This document shows, in pieces, positions 1-13,300 of a stretch of DNA of 64,000 nucleotides. Every line of letters begins with the position of its first letter. Position 1 is the stretch's first letter. The notes beneath the pieces were generated by a model, which was not told the DNA's origin, did not search any database, and worked only from the letters and a program-made list of their open reading frames with translations. The DNA is taken from assembly GCA_030141605.1 (NCBI GenBank), contig JAQGDQ010000150.1:1-64000 (forward strand). Reading direction: 5' to 3'. The translations under genes and the position numbers were made by a program. Source of the DNA: Tubiluchus corallicola. Taxonomy: Eukaryota; Animalia; Priapulida.

Positions 1-850
1 AAACCAGGTTTGTATAGTTCTCATCATGAAAGTGATCAATAGCTCAGGTGCTAAATAATGCACAGCATTGGCCCAAAACTTTCGTTTATTCGTGTAATTT
101 TAGTTGTCAGGTTCTACTAATTGTAGTAATACAGGTATATTTGTTAAGAAACATTATCGCAACCACAAAAAGAGTCACAGTATTTATCGTAAAGACATAT
201 TATACAAGACCATTATTCTTCTACTAGCTTCTAACCGAAGCAGTTTAAAAAGCACAAATGGAATTAACATACTTAATGTAGTCAAGGTGACTTAATTTGA
301 TGTGATTATGTAAGTGTGGCTAAACATCACAAGAGAACCTGTGCATTACAAGCAGAAAACTAATCTACATAGGCGTTTTTAGGTTCACCGCAGTGCAATA
401 AAGCCAAGTATCGCAAAGTTTTGCGTAACCAACCTGTCGCTGTTATTACTTATTTGTAGTTGACGTACGTCGAACATGTGCAATTAATTCAGTAAAGTGG
501 TGAAGCTTAGTTATTTTTTTTAATTTTCAGGAAGTTATTAGTTTCAACTGCCGTCCTTTAGTAGCTGCTGTTCCTGCTTTTGAAAACTCTGATCCGAACT
601 TTTTCTCCGACGTTCTAGCAAGATTACAGTATCATGTTGTTCAACCGGGTGATGTCATTATGAAGTATGGCACAATGGGTGATAAAATGTATTTTATTCA
701 AGAAGGCATTGTTGAAATTTGCTCGCCAGACGGTCAAACAAGCTTAAGCTTGTTTGATGAATACTTCAGGTATAATGGACTTTTATAACTTAACTCGTAG
801 CCTCGTAGACCTGTCGTTTTTAACAATGGTAAATTATTGCCATAGTATCA
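1..850 (+). repeat. Inverted copy of HCN intron 6/exon 7/intron 7 start (partner ~3049-3905)
   Basis: Position 1 pairs with 3905. I found no mismatch up to ~745 (identical 63-aa ORFs at 104-295 and 3802-3611), then many indels to ~850. The copy runs off the window edge. Confidence 0.95.
531..769 (+). pseudogene. Duplicated HCN exon 7, damaged at its 3' end
   Basis: ttttcag|GAAGTTATT... matches exon 7 but ends SLSLFDEYF (3-nt and 2-nt deletions). The donor phase is shifted and no plus-strand exon 8 follows. Confidence 0.75.
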
Positions 851-2071
851 GTGGCTTCTATTGCCTTCTCACCAGTATGGTTTGGGGCCTGTGCCTGTTT
901 AATGTCTGATTCTACTGTAGCTTTTCCTCGAGAATAACCAAATTCCGGTCTCACAACAACTTTCCATGCTTTTTCTGTTGGATCCCAGTTTGCAGTCTGC
1001 CGATGCGTATAAAAATTGCTTTTTAGATGGTAAGTTTATATTTATTTTTCTATTTACCTTGCACGAACTTGATTCCATTGCTGCATACTTATAACGCTAA
1101 CCCAGAAAGAGACATTAACAACATTAAATGACATTACAACTGTTGTCTTTTTAATTATTTGTAACATAATTTTTTCAATGCAAACGTTTTTCCTATAAAC
1201 TTAACTAAAAACAATTTATACTTAATTACTTATGCGGCATTTTAGCTTGTGAGTCAATCGTTAAGGGAATAATTTTGTATAACGTTTTAAACAATATAGG
1301 TTCAGTTGCTGAAGAAACTAAAATTCATACGCCAATTCAAACTAAAATGATCTTACACCATCAGCGAAAATTAACGTTTTCTTTGTTTTTAAAACACATT
1401 CATTGATACCGCGGCTTTCATTATCCGAAGAAGAATTCGGTGGCTTGTGCAGCCTTTAAGAATATTCAATTTGAGCCTTCAGTTTAATTCTAAAAACATG
1501 CTACTGGCACGTCTTGGCTGCTGATATACTTGTCTACATTTTAGTATCTTCTTGTGATTCTCGTTCATGATTCTCATCTTTATAGTAAATGTAGACAACA
1601 CTAAGAGCATGTAACAACAGTGAACCTTGACACGACTTTGGTCACCATTCAGCGATTGTTGGCGAACGCAGGTTTTCTATGCATGTAGTTGCCGCTACCA
1701 TGACCTATATATAAAATATAATTAATTATTCAACAGTTTTAATTAAATGAAACTAATTGCTAATTTAATTTAGCGGATTTCGTTGAAGGTATTGTAAGTA
1801 TGGCTTATAAGCTCTCATTAATTGCAAGTCTTTTCCTTCTTTTAAGAAAAGCGACGGACATTTTTCTTTTAAGCAAGCATAGATTGTGCAAAAAAAATTT
1901 TGTAACTTTTAGCTGTATTGCGCTAATCAGGAGGATAAAACTGCAGAACTACAACAGTAGTAAAAATCATTGCAGTAAAAAATTATCTAATAAAAATGGA
2001 AAAATGTCCTACGTCTGAAATATTATATAATACAGAAAACGCTCAAAACCTTTCCGATCTTGACAGTTTAT

Positions 2072-2292
2072 TCATTTCTTGCCGTGTTGCTTTTTCTTCA
2101 CAACGACATATTCTTCACTGTCTAGTCCGATCATATCTAGCCGAGTGCTCATGGTTTTCTCAAAATTTTTACGTAATCCGGGGTATTCTTCGATCACGTC
2201 ATTGAAATGCTCGTAGGATAAAGAGAAAAGCTTACAATAAGTGGCAGCCCGGGCAGTCGCTACACGTGGTGTACGAGTTAACAAACATATCT
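2072..2292 (-). CDS. HCN: HCN exon 8 (phosphate-binding cassette, B/C helices, stop)
   Basis: [56 protein letters not shown]...KK*. Confidence 0.92.
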
Positions 2293-5200
2293 CTGGAAAA
2301 AAAATCAAAATTACAATCACACACCTTGCATGTTCACGTCCGCGATTTACATGTGCATAAAGCTAAGTGGGCAAAGGCAGATCTTTTACAAACTATTACA
2401 TAAAAATCATGGTTATAGCCGTGATACAGTACCAATGAGGCCTATATTTATTTCACAATGCTTACACTATTTTATGTGTATACACACTGAAAATCAAATA
2501 TAGTTATTCGTATGTGCCAACCTTAACTAAAATGTAGCTTTTGCAGATTGCATTTATGAATGCCTAGTAAATAGTCAGTCGCCTACCTCAAAAGTCTTAT
2601 AACTTTTTTGGAGGTGTACGAGGCTGTAATTCAGCAGGGTAAAAATTCTGTCGAGGAAGATTCGTCCGCGACACAACAAGAAACATTACTGGTTTATCCA
2701 TTATGTGAACAGTAATCATTAAAGCCCGTGTCACACTGGTTTATCCATTATGGGAACAGTAATCCATTAATTTCGGCAATGCATGTAATTATAGCAGCAG
2801 TAGTGAAATGTCGTCTTTAAAAATGCTTTTTAACGTTTATGACACCATTCTGTTATGAATTCTTGAGACATAAATGAACTGTGCAATACAAAGACCGCAA
2901 ACATGCTAATTACCGCGTTAACGACGACGCAAAACGCCTCATGGCATATGAAATAAATGGCCAAATTCATTTCGCAAAAAGGTGCCTTATGAACCGCTCA
3001 AAACGATTTGTGAAGAGCCTAACCCCGATCATCGCTGACGGCTTACGATGATTACTATAGCAATAATTTTTACTATTGTTAAAAACGAGCAGGTCTACGA
3101 GGCTACGAGTTGTTATAAAAGTTCATTATACCTCCGAAGTATTCACCATCAGACAAGCTGAAGCTTGTTTGACCGTCTGGCGAGCAAATTTCAACAATGC
3201 CTTCTTGAATAAAATACATTTTATCACCCATTGTGCCATACTTCATAATGACATCACCCGGTTGAACAACATGATACTGTAATCTTGCTAGAACGTCGGA
3301 GAAAAAGTTCGGATCAGAGTTTTCAAAAGCAGGAACAGCAGCTACTAAAGGACGGCAGTTGAAACTAATAACTTCCTGAAAATTAAAAAAAATAACTAAG
3401 CTTCACCACTTTACTGAATTAATTGCACATGTTCGACGTACGTCAACTACAAATAAGTAATAACAGCGACAGGTTGGTTACGCAAAACTTTGCGATACTT
3501 GGCTTTATTGCACTGCGGTGAACCTAAAAACGCCTATGTAGATTAGTTTTCTGCTTGTAATGCACAGGTTCTCTTGTGATGTTTAGCCACACTTACATAA
3601 TCACATCAAATTAAGTCACCTTGACTACATTAAGTATGTTAATTCCATTTGTGCTTTTTAAACTGCTTCGGTTAGAAGCTAGTAGAAGAATAATGGTCTT
3701 GTATAATATGTCTTTACGATAAATACTGTGACTCTTTTTGTGGTTGCGATAATGTTTCTTAACAAATATACCTGTATTACTACAATTAGTAGAACCTGAC
3801 AACTAAAATTACACGAATAAACGAAAGTTTTGGGCCAATGCTGTGCATTATTTAGCACCTGAGCTATTGATCACTTTCATGATGAGAACTATACAAACCT
3901 GGTTTTAACAATAGTGATCTAAATTACATGTTAGATGTAGATAACCTCTTAGCTGCTTATCTTGATAATGCAGGAAATTATATATATGTATAATTAGAAT
4001 AAATTACCACAAATGTGCCACAAATTCTGTTTTTCAATTTCGAAAATTTACAAGTCAGAAGTTAAGATTAAGATTGCAATTTATTTTTTCCTCTTTGGAA
4101 ACTTATGTAAATTCACTAAATTGAAAATGTAAACCCATCATTCACTAATTTATACTTTAATATTTTCATCCCTTTTAATGTATTCCACGGTGAGATATTA
4201 GTGTTGTAATTGCTTATATTCAAAAAACAACAAATCAAAATAATAAGATTTTTTTCTCCTTATGCAGTAGCTACTTCAGTTTGAGTTTAGTTTTTGAGAT
4301 TCTTCAAAGTTTGTTTGTTGATGATGTTGCTAACACGAGTGAGTCTAATTACCGTGGTTAATGTTACAAGGTGACTACTAATTACCGAATTATTATCCAA
4401 TTATCCAGTTTTTATTGCAATTCATATTACCATCACATATGTGTATTTATACCAACTAATATTAATAATAATGATCCATTTATGTGTCCGGTGTGTTAAG
4501 ACAATGTGTGTCCTTTCTTTAAATTAGATGACGCTGACTTACGTAAATTATTATGCCATACTAAATTCGAAGATTTAGCGATCTACCAGATATTTTAAAT
4601 AGTCAATGTTTTACCTTAAATAACTACGAACAGCATGATCCTGACACTATAATACCATCCATTACCTCACAATATTTTTATTCCTGATGAGATTCATTTA
4701 TGCATTGATATCATCTGATTTAACTATGATGCACATGAATGTTGTCAGTTTAGAAGAAAAAATTGAATTTATTCACGGATTATTTTCCCTAATAAGAAAT
4801 CATATTTCGGAGACACGACTGAGTGATGTTTCTGTAAGAAATTATGACCTTCCAGGTTATTTTGATCTCTAAGTCAAGACTCCAGTTTTGAAAACACATA
4901 TTCTTCATTGACGTATTCTGATAGATAAGGTCTCAATGTTACTGTTAACAACTGTGAAAATATATGGACAGAATTGGACTCAAAACAACATGTTGGAGTA
5001 GCAGTTGGGTTAATTTACCGACATCCAGGCGGCACTTTGGAGTCCTTAAAGCATTTCAAATCTGAACTTGAAATCACAATCAAAATTGTAAATGCGGAAC
5101 ACAAAAAATAATATATTATGGGTGATCTCCTGAAATGTAATAGTCATAATTTTAGAGCTCAATATATTGATATTAATTCTACTGGTATATATATAAATAG

Positions 5201-8200
5201 TCACATTTTATACGACTATCAATTCAGTTTTCGAAAGTCGCATTCAACAGCACTAGCATTAACTGAAATAACTAAAAAAATTGCAGAGGCGCTTGATAAT
5301 GATCAGTATGTCTGTGGTCTGTTTATAGATTTATCAAAGGCATTTGATACGATAAATCATTGTATTCTTCTAGACAAATTGCATTATTATGGCATAAGAC
5401 ATTCAGCTTAATCATGGTTCAAAAGCTATCTTTGTGATCGTCTCTAGTATGTCGAATTAAATAGATATAAATCCAATACACTTCCAATTAAGCATGGTGT
5501 TCCCCAAGGTTCTACTCTAGGACCACTTTTATTTCTTCTGTAAATAAATGATATGCCACTAAGATGCTCAAACTTAATCTTCAGACTTTTTGCAGATGAT
5601 ACAAATATTTTTAAGCGATTCAAATATAGATAACTTGGACAGTGTTATGAATACCCAGTTAAACAAAGTAACAGAATGGCTGATTGCAAATAAGTTCTCG
5701 TTGAATATTAATAAATCAAAGTTCATGCTCCTAAAAAAGAAAAGGAGAACGCCATCAAGAAATATAACCATAGTTCTTAGTAATGTCACTGTAAAAAAGG
5801 TCTTTGTCTTCTTATTTTCTTTTTATTTCTAATAGAAATCGACAGAAGTAAAAAATAGAATATTAATTTTACTTTTCATTTTTTTCTCTCATGGTATCGC
5901 TACTTATTGTTGCTGTGTCCATTTTACATTTGCTTATTTCTTTCTCCAAATTTGCTTAATGTCTTTGCTGAGTTTTTCTACTTTAAAAATATACTTCAGA
6001 TAGACGCTTACATGTATGTTTCTTAAATCGTATAGATTGAAATCAATGTGGCTTCTATATTCCAACCATGTTCATAACGATAGCATTTACGAAATCCGCC
6101 TATCAAGCGCAATTAACTAAACAAAGTATTCACACCAAAAAAATTAAAGTTCACACATGAAAACACGATACCAATACTCAAATATTTTTTACTTTCTTTA
6201 GATAATTTTACTTGCTTTGGTTGTTGCGAGCAATTATTGGCAAAATTTGGTCTAATCGATTACTATCAATGCAAAAAATATTCAGCCCTAATTAAGATGA
6301 GCAGCACATTAAGGTTAATAAGCTTACTTCTCGAAGTCTGCCCGACAAATCTCGTAGCACACCATCTTCGTCGAAGTACGTTCCTTGATATCGATGATCT
6401 AAATAATCATTTATTCGTTCTCTCAAATCAGTTGGCAATTTTCGGTAAATCATGTACTCATTAACTTGTTGCAACTAAAACAGATGAAAAATTAATTAAG
6501 ATTACATCGCTATCAAGGCATTTTCTCTGAACCTTAATTAACAAACAAGGATTTCTCAGCGGTTTTAAAAAGTTCAAACATGGACTGACGATAATCATTT
6601 TTATAATTTTCTTTTGATTCAAGTCCATGTCAAGCGACTGATTTATAAAGACTTTATAACAAGCAGCGGGTCGCATTTTTTACTACCAAACCTGACGAGC
6701 TGGAACGCTAAACAAGAGTCGATGATTAAATTTTGGCGAGTGTTCCTCCATGCTTACAGTTTAGCAAAGGATCTGAAACAGGGTCGCTTAAGTGAGATGG
6801 TTTCATTTTAGATGCTTGTTTGTAAGAAGCTCACCCTTTACTGGTTTGAGCTGAACCTGTTTAGGATGTTTGCGGTCTCAACACTGTTTTCTCGAAATAG
6901 ATGAGTTTATTTAAGGTGGGTTTGGGTTTATCGATAGGCCGAAGTTGTACAAAAACTAATTTTGTAGTGGGATATATATATATATATATTGCAATTTTGA
7001 TCTTGCAATATATATATATTTATATATATTGCAATTTTGATCTTGCAATAGGAATATAGGAACTTGTAATAAGAATGTAGATAAAAATGCTACAGGTAAA
7101 AATGGCACAGGACAAAATGTCACAGGAAAAAGTGGCACAAACGAAAAAATAGGAAAAATGGTACATATGTTATTTTCATCCAAATAATTTTTATAATAAA
7201 ACTAGAATGCGCTCAGTAAGAAGCAGACCTTTGTCAAGGTCGAAAGATCCTAAACATATTCGTTCGATTCTTTTGATAAAAAATCAAAACAAAACAACAC
7301 ACAAAAATATATCTGTATAAGCATTATATAGACTAGAAAGAGACTCGCAAAATTAGTAATGCATGAATATTCCAAATAGTGTTTGTCTAATTTCTTTAAC
7401 CATTTGTTGACCGCAATAGAGTCATAAACTGACAAATATACGTATTTACATACTAAAGCACCTTATAAGTCAATATACACGTATAAACAAAAATTATAGA
7501 GAACGTTACACAGTTTTCTTGGCATGAATTTCTCGAAATGGGACCGGGAACAAACTCATAATTTTTTTGTCCTGGTAGAGACAAAAAAGAATTATCTTAT
7601 TTTGTGCGTAAATCCTGTTTTGAAAGAGCTGTAACACCCGATTTTGGCAGTTTTCACCCTTTTCCCTGTCTAGGAATCTGCTTTCTTTTTCCCTACCAAC
7701 CTTCACAAACTTTCACGGAAATCTGTCAGTTATGTAGTTGATTGGCTTACTGCTCTATGTAACCAAACAAACAAACAGCGTGGAAACAGAACTTTACATA
7801 AGTAAAAATATAGCAAATGTAATTATCCCCCAACCTTAAATCCATAAAGGTTGCAGCCTAAGAGCCCATCAAGCCTGGGAACCCCTCAAACTTTGGTAAC
7901 ATATGATTAAAAATCCGTTAGTTCATTAATTAGTTTTTTCTTTTATTATTTGCTTTTTAAAAGAATATTGTAAATCTACAAATCTATAAATCTTCATTTT
8001 CAAACTAATACAGGGTTGCCGTGGATATGAAATTTCACATCCACATACATACACATATCCACAGATTTTCTGGATGTCCATGGATATGTCCAGACCCATG
8101 TATCCCATTATTTGTCCTATAAACAAGAATCCTCTGAATACCATCTGCAATATGCAGGTCTTTCTAGTTTCTATTAATATTAATGTGTAGGAAAGCAAAA

Positions 8201-10249
8201 GATAAACGCATGTACTTGATTATAGCACATTATGTCACAGTAAATGTCATCTTAAAATGCATGGTCAATTTCAGCTGAGAAGCATCTTTTAGTTAAAGCT
8301 AGTAAGATGAAACTCATAATAGTTAAACAAACATGCAGTCACTTTAGTTTACTCAGTCAGTCTTCGTTACTGTTCAGTGTTCAACTTATCTGAGTAATCT
8401 GACTGACTAAACGAAACATAAATGTTTACCTCAAATGTGTAGCTGAAATTGCTTTGCTAGTCGCTAAATTTAGTCCGTTATTTCAATAAAGACTAATACA
8501 ACGTCCAAATGGGCTGTTTTAAAATTTAATCAGTGCTCCTGTTTCAAGTAGCATAGAACAAGAAATCAAACACAGAGATTGACTACTTGTTTCTAGAACA
8601 GGATGTCAATAAGTGCACGCGGATATATATATGTGGAGGAAAAAGAAGATGAAGTGTTGACGAAGCACTTGCCCAAATGAAGGTGAACTGAAGACCTCGG
8701 ATGTCTAGCCTGCGAGTTTCACGTGGTGTGTTTAACCCTCTGCATTTGTGAATTAATGTGATTTAAAAGTAGATTTTCACATTTTGGCTCCTGTCTCAGG
8801 TTCTTATATAATTAAAACTTAACCAGTGTTTGAGCCCTTCACTATAGTTAAATGTTTTGCTTATAAATTTTGGCTCCTGTTCAGCTGTTCAGGCCTTTAT
8901 GAAATCACAGATTTTGAAAGCCTAAGTACAAAGATACCCAGCAATACCTGAATAGGAGGTATTTTTTGAATCTACCTAAATTTGAATTTAACCCTACGAG
9001 TTGACTGGCATCCGAAAAACTGACCGATGTCCAGTGTCTTTGATTCTATGATGAAGGTCGCCGTTCACTTGCAATGCTCCTCGTCCTGTACATGCCCTGT
9101 AACTTTCGCACCTCTAACCTTCTGCGTTTGTGAATTAAAAAGTGAAAACCTGCATGTCTAACATAACAATGAAAAATAGCCCCAGGGGTTTTTCATAATT
9201 TTTATCTCTCATGCTAGCGCTCGCAGATAACATCGCAACCTAAGTTTGCCGGTAAATATAGAAAACGAGATAAAAACGACACACGCATACACACAATCGA
9301 ATGCGCATGTGTGCTCACCTCACTAATTTTTCAATTAATACATCACGCTTCACACTATTAAACCAAACTTAAACATGAGCATGCTAACTGTAATGTACCA
9401 TTTAACAATCGTTTGAAGGGCGTGCCGTCAGTACCGGATGTGCTAGAAATGTCTAAACAAAGACAGAAACTATTTGCACTATTAAAAGAAGCCCCAACCA
9501 TTAATCATCAGGCTATCATCCTTTCTTCCACGGTTCATTGCTTTCTTAGTTTTTTAACATGGAAAACAGTTTTTTTAACATTTTAACATAGTTTCTCAGT
9601 TACACGTGAATGCACATGCAAACTCGCTAAATGAGGGCCAGAAGAAAGACATCTCTACTACTGAATACGCACACCTTTTCCCTAAATTGCCTACGAGCAG
9701 AATCCATTTGTCCTATAACAGCAGTAGCATGTCCCAAAATAATGGCGTAGCACGTTGCTCCCAGAATCATACTGAAAATGGTCAGCCAGACATCGGGCAA
9801 ACTTTGGGGTGGAAAGCGGCCATAACCAATGCATATCATGTGTGACATAGCTTTAAATAAAGACCACGTATATTGCTCAAACCAGTGCGCAAACTGAAAA
9901 AAATTAAAAGAATATCTATACTATTAAGCGAGCTAATTTGTTTATCTAAAGTAATTTATTCAATTGTCCTTCATGGACGGTCATTGCATAGTCTTTAAAG
10001 AACACGTCACTTGAATAACTTGGATGTAAAAACGAACGTGGCCGAGGGGGCCAATTTATTCATTCCGTTCAAGATACGATCAATTTTTCAATGCTTAAGT
10101 ACTGTTTCAATAGGAAAATTCTTTCATCGGAGCTGCATTGTATTGTAATTAGATGCAGATGTCTTTAATAATAAATCCTTGCTAGAATAGATTTCACAGG
10201 GCAAAGATGAATAACTAGGTTGGAGGAAGCAGAAACAGGGAGACAGAAT

Positions 10250-10338
<89 letters not shown>

Positions 10339-13300
10339 AGATGAGCACTTCTGTGTATAAACATTATTACATTTTTAAATCAAACGAATAAATTATATCA
10401 CATATAATTTACGTGCCTGCAGCCCATTGCAAAGACGTACTCTTCTACACCGAAATATGAATTCAGCACAAAAGCAAACAAAATATTGATTTCGTTTTTT
10501 AGGCAGTAACGGGTTAAGCAGGCCTTAATTTAAACCGCCTAATATATTAAAAGCAACACTATAAATTATCACTACAGGTATAATTATCAGTCACAAATTT
10601 GCAATATCCTCAGAAAATTGCGTTTAGGCTTACATGTTTTAGTGAAAAATGAGTTGGAGGGCCATGTATAAACTAAGCCATACTTGTAATTCATTCAGCG
10701 CAACCCAAGATCGGTGTGGAAAATCCATTACTGATGGCACCAAAAATTGTATACATCCACCCCAGTGTGCAAAAAGTAACATAAGACAAACGAAATTGAA
10801 GACTCTTACAAACTTATTGGCGAAATCTATGAGCTGAAATGAAAAATTATGAACAGTAAATTAGTTTGTTAATGGTAGCAATACACGTTAGGAGGCCAGC
10901 TCACTTCATACTAGAAATTGTGCTTGGAAAAAATATTACCAAGTACGAAAGCATTAACATTACTTAAAAGATCATAAAGAAAAGATCATGGTTTCATTAG
11001 TTTATCAAATCGATTAACTGATCGTTAAATTACATAAGCAAATAAAAACAGATGGAGAAACGCAGAAGAATAATATCACTGGCCGTCGTCACAGAACAGA
11101 GTGAGGCACAACGCTGTAAAAACAACTGTAGTTTGAAACGTCGTGCTTTTCTTTTTCCTTGCTTTTTAATAGTGGAATTTTTTAATTCAGTGTCACTATT
11201 CTCGTCATAAGAATTAATTTGTATTATCGGTTAAAAGAATATGTGTAAATTGCAAAACGCAAAGAAATGTAATCACTCCTTTTGAAATACGATTTCAAGA
11301 ATATATTCCGGGTGATGTGATTTTTCGGCGGTGTCAAAAAATGCTAATTTTTGCTTAAAGGAAAACCGGATGATTGTTTAGACTCAATCTTATTTTAATT
11401 TACTGTCCAAAGTATACGTTTTCTTGCTTATAAAAGTTAGTAATTGTTTCTTATATTTTATTATTTAGGTTAGAAAGGTAACTAACGCTAAACGAATACA
11501 GCTATTGCTTACGTCAGAACCTAATCACAGTTTGTGCAATAACAGGTATCTTCCCTTGCGCGTCAAGCACGTTTGCGTAAGTGTTACTGCTCAAAGCGTG
11601 ATGTCACGAAAATGGGGTCTACATCATATAACGTCAGAAACAAACACAGCAGTTCATGATCATGGTTATCACGGTGCCGCCTTCTATTTGTCGACCACGT
11701 GCACGTGACAAAAAGCGCCGTTGCCAATCTTATTAGATTCATTGAACCGCGCGTAGCTTTGAAAGTTTAAAGAAATTTGAGTATCCGAGGTAATTATTAT
11801 TTAATGTAAGCTTTGATATAAAAAAGCTATTGTAGTTTTTCAATATTTTAGAACATACTTTATTCTGAAGCAATGTTTACACAATCGTCCGGTCTTCTTT
11901 TAATAACTGTTAGAATCGGTATAGTAAAATCAATTATTTTCTTTGAAAAAGAGTGTGCTACGTAATTCAAATACATTTCTGAGATCTATTATACAGGCCT
12001 ATTTTGACTACCGTTTTTCTCGCAGGTATTTTATCGTTGTTGACAATATCACTATAAAAACGCTCGTGAAAATGCCTTTCACTACAGCAAGAAAAAAGCT
12101 CGCGCGAATCTCACTGACGAGAAAACGCTGTAAAGCTGGAACGAAAAAAACCATAATTGTGAAAACATTAATCGCAGCGAGAAGCGATGTCTGTCTTCAA
12201 ATCGACTGGGAAAATGTTTATCGCAGCCTTATCCCTACAGCGTAAACAATACAAAAACAGTAGGTAGCGCACTCTACTATGTCTACATTAGTCTAGTATA
12301 AGCGCCATATCCACTATATGATGTACGTGTAATTTATTGTTGATTTGACACATGCCAAAAAAACTACGTGTTTGAGTAGGAAAAAATAACGCGGCTGAGA
12401 TTGTCAGTAAACTCACAAATGCCCATGTTAGTGAAATATCAAAGATAAAAAATACTTCAACAACAATGAAAAGACACAGAGGTAGTGATGCTTTATCTTC
12501 CAGTGAATTAAAAAGTAAGTATACCGGTACATACATATCATGAAGTGATATCTATTTTCACTGAGCGTTAAAAACGCCGCGACAATCGCAGCGAGAAAAT
12601 CGCTAATCAAAACGGGCCTTACAGCAAGCTTACCTCCTCCCACTGGGTTGCGTAACGCATTAATCGTGACAAGCGTAGAAGACGCAGAAGACTTAGTAAT
12701 TTTGCTAAACGCAATACTTTCAGACCTCTTATGAGCTGTGCATCTAGTTGAAATGCGAGCATTACGTAATCAAACGGCAAAGAGCTGATGAAATCTAAGA
12801 TAAACCATTTTTTCACGTATGTCTTAGCGATTTCCTTGCCATTCAGAACTATTTCGTTTTGAGTTTCGGAACAGAGAATGCCTGTGAAATTAAAAAAGGA
12901 GTAGACTAATAAAACAAAACATCAGATAATTCATGAAAATAACAGCCAGCACCCACTTAAGCAAAGGCGTAGCTTTTATTTAGGCCCAACATCAACAACG
13001 TTTCGACCAGTTAGGTCACGTTCACGCAATAATACACCTAAATAAAAATACTACGGAAAAAAATTAAAAAAATATAAAATCAACATTGTGAAGAACAAAC
13101 AAGACAAATACTAGATTTTAAACTTACATATCGTGTGATACAAACCCAAATGACAAAAAAGTAATTTTTATACTTCATTATTATTGTATTTATTATTAAA
13201 AATGAAAATTATTTATCAGTTTCTAAATACGTTAGAACTTAAATGAAGTAAGTCTTGCGTGTATATTATAGCAGAATTTTTAAAGCAATATACACATTCT

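Noticed and set aside
104-295. Identical 63-aa ORFs at 104-295 and 3611-3802
   Set aside because: Non-ATG chance ORF in HCN intron 6, seen twice only because of the inverted duplication.
12634-12740. HCNL1-type proton-conducting voltage sensor
   Set aside because: The S4 basic residues follow the normal HCN pattern and the CIGYG filter is intact.
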